64,000 bases of DNA, from the NCBI GenBank assembly GCA_963710375.1, contig CAVPZX010000002.1, positions 672,001 to 736,000 of the forward strand, read 5' to 3'. Shown one piece after another: positions 58,783-64,000 of this stretch (positions are counted from its first letter, which is position 1; each line of letters opens with the position of its first letter). Below the pieces are notes generated by a model. That model saw only the letters and a list, made by a program, of their open reading frames with translations, was not told where the DNA came from and searched no databases. A program made the position numbers and the translations under genes. Source of the DNA: Nitrospirota bacterium (lineage in GTDB: Bacteria; Nitrospirota; Thermodesulfovibrionia; Thermodesulfovibrionales; Dissulfurispiraceae).

Positions 58783-59426
58783 AACTTTCAGAAAAGGCTG
58801 AAGAAATATTGGAAGCTATGTGGATTGCCATCGAGGAAGATGGTGCGGATTTTGCTGAACCCGAAAAGATCGGCATCGACCCGGCAGACCCGTCTTATAA
58901 GGAGCTTACAGGTCATACGCTTATTGAGATAAAGGAGGGGCATATTTATTTTAGCCCGGACGGCAAAGAAGAAGGGCGCAGAACCATACGGCGTCACCGT
59001 CTTGCAGAACGTCTTATAATGGATGTGCTTAGTATCAGGGGGGAGGAGGGAGACGAAAAGGCATGCGAGTTTGAACATCTGCTTAAAAAAGGCGTGGCTG
59101 AAAAGGTATGCACAATGCTGAACCATCCTTCAACTTGTCCCCACGGCAAACCGATACCTCCTGGCGATTGCTGCCATGAAGCAAGGAAAACAGGTGACTT
59201 GGGGGTATTGCCGTTGACCGAGTTCAAATCGAATGAGCAGGTAGAAATAGCATTTATACAAACAAAAGACTCCAAAAAAATGCAGAAGCTTATGGCAATG
59301 GGCGTTTTGCCTGGAAACAGTATCCGTGTCTTACAGACCTTCCCTTCGTATATATTTCGTATAGGATATTCAGAATTCGCCATTGATGCTCAAATGGCAC
59401 GAGAAATATTTGCAAGGCGAACATAA
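58779..59426 (+). CDS. ideR: DtxR/IdeR-family regulator with a FeoA domain
   Basis: RRHRLAE, ACEFEH, CPHGKPIP, KLMAMGVLPG. Confidence 0.85.
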   Translation: MKLSEKAEEILEAMWIAIEEDGADFAEPEKIGIDPADPSYKELTGHTLIEIKEGHIYFSPDGKEEGRRTIRRHRLAERLIMDVLSIRGEEGDEKACEFEHLLKKGVAEKVCTMLNHPSTCPHGKPIPPGDCCHEARKTGDLGVLPLTEFKSNEQVEIAFIQTKDSKKMQKLMAMGVLPGNSIRVLQTFPSYIFRIGYSEFAIDAQMAREIFARRT

Positions 59427-59481
59427 TTTTTCTGACTGTCACACCAAACGTTCACCTCAAAAATATGCTATATTTATCATT

Positions 59482-60309
59482 ATGAGCGACCTGTTTCAAA
59501 AAATAATGATAGATGATATCGACCTGCCGGCAATGCCCGAAATTGCGATTAAGGTTTTTTCCATGCTTGATAACGGAAATTTTTCTCTCACGGAATTTGA
59601 AAATACCGTCCTGGAAGACCAAAGCCTGATAGTATCTATTTTGAAGATAGCAAACGCTCCCATTTATAAAACCGGAAAATCTGCAAACACACTCTCGGAT
59701 GCGATTATGATAATCGGGCTGGATAATCTTCTGGCCCTTGTTTCCATTATCGCATTGACCAATCAACTGTCAGGCAAATACCTTGATCCTGAATTGATGC
59801 GGCATTCAATGGCAGTTTCTTCAGCATCTGCACTGCTTGCCCAAAGAATAAAGGGGGTAAAAAGAGAAGAGGCACTGGTTGCGGGCCTGATCCATGATAT
59901 TGGTAAAACTGTTCTTTCAGTGTATGCGCATGAGCAGTACAAAGCGATCAAAAGCAGGGCGAAAAACGAGGGGAGACCTTTTATAGAAATTGAAGATGAG
60001 TTGCTTGGATTCAACCACTGTAATATAGGGAGTATCCTGGCTGCGAAATGGAAATTCCCTAAGATTTACGAGCATGTAATAAAACACCATCACGAAGATA
60101 AGATAGAGGGTCGCTCATTAACAAAGAATACTCTGGCTTATGAAGATCTGCTTTGCTATACCGTCAGGGTTGCAGACTACATCGCATCGGATGCAGGTGT
60201 CAGTGTTGAAAAGCCATTCGACAAGCGGCTTACTGATCTGATGAAAGTTTTGGACATAGATAAAACCACTTATGACGAGATAAAAAAGGAATTATTAACG
60301 GTGAACTGA
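59482..60309 (+). CDS. HDOD domain protein
   Basis: [31 protein letters not shown]. Confidence 0.9.
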   Translation: MSDLFQKIMIDDIDLPAMPEIAIKVFSMLDNGNFSLTEFENTVLEDQSLIVSILKIANAPIYKTGKSANTLSDAIMIIGLDNLLALVSIIALTNQLSGKYLDPELMRHSMAVSSASALLAQRIKGVKREEALVAGLIHDIGKTVLSVYAHEQYKAIKSRAKNEGRPFIEIEDELLGFNHCNIGSILAAKWKFPKIYEHVIKHHHEDKIEGRSLTKNTLAYEDLLCYTVRVADYIASDAGVSVEKPFDKRLTDLMKVLDIDKTTYDEIKKELLTVN

Positions 60310-61740
60310 AGATGCACTTTTGATGCCATACGAAAAATAAATTATAAGCCCCAGCACAAGCCATACAACAAGCCTTATCCATGTATCCAAAGGAAGTCCT
60401 GCCATCAGATAAAGACAGGAAAGCATACCCATAATTGGCGTTGACACCCCTCCGGGCGCCTTGAATACCCTTTTAATTTCCGGGTGAGTATACCGCAATA
60501 CGAGGACACCCGCGCAAACAATCACAAATGCCAGGAGCGTGCCTATGCTCACGAGTTCGCCCACAATGCCGATCGGAAGGAGGGCAGCCAGCACCGCAGT
60601 GACGCTTCCTGTTACAAAGGTAATGATGTATGGAGTTCTGAATACCGGGTGGATCCTGGAGACAAAAGGAGGAAGGAGACGGTCCCTGCCCATCGAGAAA
60701 AAAATCCGTGTCTGGGCCAGCAGGAGCACCAGTATCACCGAGGTCAATCCGGCAATCGCACCCACTTTGAGCAAAGGAGAGAAGAATTGCAGCCCCATTG
60801 CATCGAGCGCCACTGCAAAAGGCGCCGGGCCGTTCAGTTCAGAGTAAGGCACCACGCCTGTCAAAACGAGTGAAACGATTACGTAGAGCGCGGTGCAGAA
60901 ACAAAGACTGCCCAATATACCTATCGGCATATCTTTCTGGGGCCTTTTTGCTTCCTGTGCAAGCGTAGATACCGCATCAAAGCCTATATATGCAAAGAAG
61001 ATGACGCCGGCGCCCCTAACCACGCCGCTCAACCCGAACAGGCCGAACTCCCCCTTGTTTGGCGGGATAAACGGGTGCCAGAGCGCAGGCCTTATAAAGA
61101 AAACACCGACTGCGATGAACGCAAGTATTATGGCCACTTTAATAAACACTATAACTGCGTTCAACGTCGCTGATTCCTTGATGCCGATCGCCAGAATAAT
61201 GGTAATGAAAGCAACCACGACAATAGCCGGGGCATTAAAAAGAGCTCCGGTAGAGACCCATGCATGCCGCGCAATATCGTAATTGAAAGGCGGTGATGCC
61301 AGAAACTTGGGAATAATAATTCCCACATCCTTTAAAAAGCTCACGAAGTATCCTGACCACCCTATGGCAACTGTTGTCGAACCCAGCGTGTATTCCAGTA
61401 TAAGGTCCCAACCGATTATCCAGGCTACGAACTGTCCCAGCGTCGCATAGGCATATGTGTAGGCGCTTCCCGCCATCGGGATCATTGAGGCAAATTCCGC
61501 ATAACAGAGACCGGCAAATGCACAGGCAATGCCGGAGATAATAAAGGATATGACAATGGCCGGGCCTGCGATCTGTGCCGCAGCATGGCCGGTCAGCACA
61601 AAAATACCGGCGCCTATAATAACTCCTATCCCCAGAAGAACAAGGCTCACGGGTCCAAGAGATCTTTTAAGCCCGTGCCTTTCCTCGAAAGCCTCTATAG
61701 TCAGATCGGATAATTTCTTTTTTAAAAAAAGTCTTTTCAT
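60295..61740 (-). CDS. APC-family amino acid permease
   Basis: [26 protein letters not shown]. Confidence 0.94.
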   Translation of the reverse strand: MKRLFLKKKLSDLTIEAFEERHGLKRSLGPVSLVLLGIGVIIGAGIFVLTGHAAAQIAGPAIVISFIISGIACAFAGLCYAEFASMIPMAGSAYTYAYATLGQFVAWIIGWDLILEYTLGSTTVAIGWSGYFVSFLKDVGIIIPKFLASPPFNYDIARHAWVSTGALFNAPAIVVVAFITIILAIGIKESATLNAVIVFIKVAIILAFIAVGVFFIRPALWHPFIPPNKGEFGLFGLSGVVRGAGVIFFAYIGFDAVSTLAQEAKRPQKDMPIGILGSLCFCTALYVIVSLVLTGVVPYSELNGPAPFAVALDAMGLQFFSPLLKVGAIAGLTSVILVLLLAQTRIFFSMGRDRLLPPFVSRIHPVFRTPYIITFVTGSVTAVLAALLPIGIVGELVSIGTLLAFVIVCAGVLVLRYTHPEIKRVFKAPGGVSTPIMGMLSCLYLMAGLPLDTWIRLVVWLVLGLIIYFSYGIKSASSVHR

Positions 61741-61891
61741 ATGCCCGGATTATTATACCTAATAGCTGTAAGAATTCCACCATCCATAGGGGTTTGACAA
61801 CCGGACAAAAAAACGTTGAGAAAATCAACGGAGGCATATAGAATAAACAGGAACTATTAGACTTGTGTTAAAATAACAGGTTAGGAGTTTT

Positions 61892-63001
61892 GTGAAATCT
61901 AAGACGCCTTTGAAGCCTCTCATAATTAAAGGTAAAACCATAAAGATACCCATTATACAGGGCGGAATGGGTGTTGGTGTATCGCTATACCCGCTGGCAA
62001 GCGCGGTAGCCCTGCAGGGAGGCGTCGGCATCGTATCGAGTGCCTGCCTTGATCGTGTCGTATCGAAAAGGACCGGGAAGAAATTCAATACCTATGAAGC
62101 TGCATACGAAGAGGTCTCTCTCTCAAAAGCTGCAGGAGGATTTGCAGGCATAAATATAATGGGAGCCCTTGTGCACGATTTCAATGCTTCGGTGCGTGGA
62201 GCTCTCGATGCAGGAGCCGACGCCATTATTTCAGGAGCCGGCTTGCCGCTGAACCTGCCGGCCATTCAGCAGGTCAAGGATACCGCACTTATACCAATAG
62301 TATCGTCCACCAGGGCGCTCGACATAATATGCAAAAAGTGGGAGCGGCTTGGCTATAGGCCCGATGCAGTAGTGCTTGAAGGGCCGCTTGCGGGCGGGCA
62401 CCTGGGCTTTAAGTTGGACCAGATATACCTTGAATCAAACACGCTGGAAAATCTGCTGCCCCCGATAAAGGACATGGCGATAAAATACGGTGACTTCCCT
62501 GTAATTGTTGCTGGCGGCATTTACACTTACGAGGACATCATAAGGTTCATGGAAATGGGGGCGGACGGCGTCCAGATAGGTACGCGCTTCCTGGCGACCG
62601 AGGAAAGCAGCGCTTCCGAGCCTTACAAAAATGCAGTTGTAAATGCAAAAAAGGAAGATATAATCGTTGCCCACGACCCAGGCTCGCCCTGCGGCCTGCC
62701 CTTTAGGGTGATCAGGCAATCACCAATGTACGTATCAGCTCTAAATCGGCTGAGGACCCCCAAATGCGATAAAGGCTATGTGCTGCTGAAAGACAGCGAC
62801 GGCAATTTCACTATCTGTCCTGCAAAAGAAAGTAATGAGCACCATTTCTGTATATGCAACGGCCTCCTGAGCTCTGCCGGCTACAACCCGGATAAAGAAG
62901 AGCCGCTTTATACTGTTGGGACCAATGCTGCCCGTATCGACCGGATAGTCTCCGTCAGGGAACTTTTCGAAGAACTCACCGGTAAGGGAACAGAGAAATG
63001 A
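61892..63001 (+). CDS. Nitronate monooxygenase/FabK-like flavoprotein
   Basis: PIIQGGMG, AGGHLG, AGGI, GVQIGTRF. Confidence 0.88.
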   Translation: MKSKTPLKPLIIKGKTIKIPIIQGGMGVGVSLYPLASAVALQGGVGIVSSACLDRVVSKRTGKKFNTYEAAYEEVSLSKAAGGFAGINIMGALVHDFNASVRGALDAGADAIISGAGLPLNLPAIQQVKDTALIPIVSSTRALDIICKKWERLGYRPDAVVLEGPLAGGHLGFKLDQIYLESNTLENLLPPIKDMAIKYGDFPVIVAGGIYTYEDIIRFMEMGADGVQIGTRFLATEESSASEPYKNAVVNAKKEDIIVAHDPGSPCGLPFRVIRQSPMYVSALNRLRTPKCDKGYVLLKDSDGNFTICPAKESNEHHFCICNGLLSSAGYNPDKEEPLYTVGTNAARIDRIVSVRELFEELTGKGTEK

Positions 63002-63003
63002 TT

Positions 63004-63054
63004 GTTGGAGGATTGGAAGGTTAGAGAGTTCTAACCCTCCAACTTTCTTGACTT
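63004..63054. repeat. Degenerate octamer-period inverted repeat
   Basis: GTTGGAGG-ATTGGAAG-GTTAGAGA / CTAACCCT-CCAACTTT-CTTGACTT. Confidence 0.55.
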
Positions 63055-63510
63055 ATGGTCTTGTCCTTTCATGCCGTATTCCCTCGCTATCCTGTCAAGA
63101 AGGCCATTGATGAAAGATGCCGATTCAGCGGTTGAATATTTTTTTGCGATCTCCAGGGCTTCGTTTATGGTCACTGCGCTCGGGATGTCTTTCCGGAATA
63201 ATAGTTCATAAGCGGCGAACCTGAGAATATTTCTATCGATGCTTGCAATCCTCAGGAGCGTCCATTTCTCGGCAATGCGTTCAATTGCGGAATCTATTTC
63301 TTCGAGATGCGTTATGGTACCCTTTATAATGTCACCTGCAAACAACTTTACATCCTGCTCGGCATCGCCTGCCTCTTTCCAGAACGACTCGATCTCGCCT
63401 TGGAGTTCTCCTGGTTTTGTGTAACGCTCCGGCTCTCCCCCGGGGCCGTCAAAGAAATCTATCCTGTACAAGAACTGTAAGGCATATTCTCTTGCTTTTC
63501 TTCTCTTCAT
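63031..63510 (-). CDS. nusB: Transcription antitermination factor NusB
   Basis: RRKAREYALQ, DRNILR, INEALEIAK, FINGLLD. Confidence 0.96.
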   Translation of the reverse strand: MKRRKAREYALQFLYRIDFFDGPGGEPERYTKPGELQGEIESFWKEAGDAEQDVKLFAGDIIKGTITHLEEIDSAIERIAEKWTLLRIASIDRNILRFAAYELLFRKDIPSAVTINEALEIAKKYSTAESASFINGLLDRIAREYGMKGQDHKSRKLEG

Positions 63511-63518
63511 AATTAATA

Positions 63519-63602
63519 CAGGCTGAGGCTAAGGTTTAGGTTAAGAAAGGCTGAATCGAAATTTTCATCGTCCAGTCTTAACCTTAACCTTGACCTTAAC
63601 CT
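63519..63602. repeat. Hexamer-period inverted repeat element, copy 4
   Basis: cAGGCTG-AGGCTA-AGGTTT-AGGTTA ... TAACCT-TAACCT-TGACCT-TAACCT; overlaps the ribH stop. Confidence 0.85.
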
Positions 63603-64000
63603 ATTTTTTTAACCACCTGCGCCATTTCTATTGCTGTAACCGCAGCGTCCCACCCCTTGTTGCCTGCTTTGGTTCCTGCCCGCTCAACTGCCTGCTCGAT
63701 AGTATCAGCGGTTATTATTCCGAATGCGATGGGGACCCCTGTTTCAAGCGACGCGGCTGCTATTCCTTTTGAAACCTCTGAAGCTACATAATCAAAATGC
63801 GGGGTCGCTCCCCTGATCACCGTTCCAAGGCATATCACTGCCTGGTAAGTCCCCTTCAATGCCATCTTTTTTGCAATAAGTGGAATTTCAAAAGCACCCG
63901 GGACTCTTACAACTTCAATATCGTCATCTTTGGCGCCGTGTCTTAAAAGTGCATCGGTGGCCCCTTCAAGAAGCCGGGACGTGATAAAATCATTAAACCT
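63596..64000 (-). CDS. ribH: Lumazine synthase (partial, start beyond window)
   Basis: [34 protein letters not shown]. Confidence 0.96.
   Translation of the reverse strand, partial: RFNDFITSRLLEGATDALLRHGAKDDDIEVVRVPGAFEIPLIAKKMALKGTYQAVICLGTVIRGATPHFDYVASEVSKGIAAASLETGVPIAFGIITADTIEQAVERAGTKAGNKGWDAAVTAIEMAQVVKKIG

Noticed and set aside
61860..61880. TGTTA-AAA-TAACA palindrome as a Rex site
   Set aside because: Spacing does not fit TTGTGAA-N4-TTCACAA, and it is too short to exclude chance.

Overview
Chromosomal window from an anaerobic bacterium. The 16S features and gene content suggest Nitrospirota/Thermodesulfovibrionia (inference, not database-checked). In order it holds an rnfCDGEAB operon, an RND efflux trio, a sigma54-driven atypical P-II gene, and a complete minus-strand rRNA operon whose 23S gene has a ~150-nt repeat-containing insertion. 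Next come housekeeping genes (rlmN, ahcY, metK, asd, leuD, miaA, folK, dapL), a dinB/DUF72/polX repair cluster, a sigma54 two-component system with two small secreted Lys-rich proteins, and a ptxABCD phosphite uptake/oxidation operon with Pho-box-like repeats. These are followed by yggS-proC-yggT-divIVA-hisS, a TatD-radical SAM fusion and tRNA-Lys with a decayed 2.9-kb island (Fic, DUF6904-like, amber-interrupted toxin-like gene plus HTH partner). The window ends with a second accessory stretch, ppx/ppk1, fur-feoB-ideR, an amino-acid permease, nusB and partial ribH. Four conserved genes (rnfC, metK, NtrC-type regulator, ptxD) each carry a single +1 insertion, most likely assembly errors. The most notable unexplained signals are a dispersed family of short-period inverted-repeat elements (one inside 23S rRNA), two MITE-like elements, and several small unannotated ORFs in sigma54 operons.
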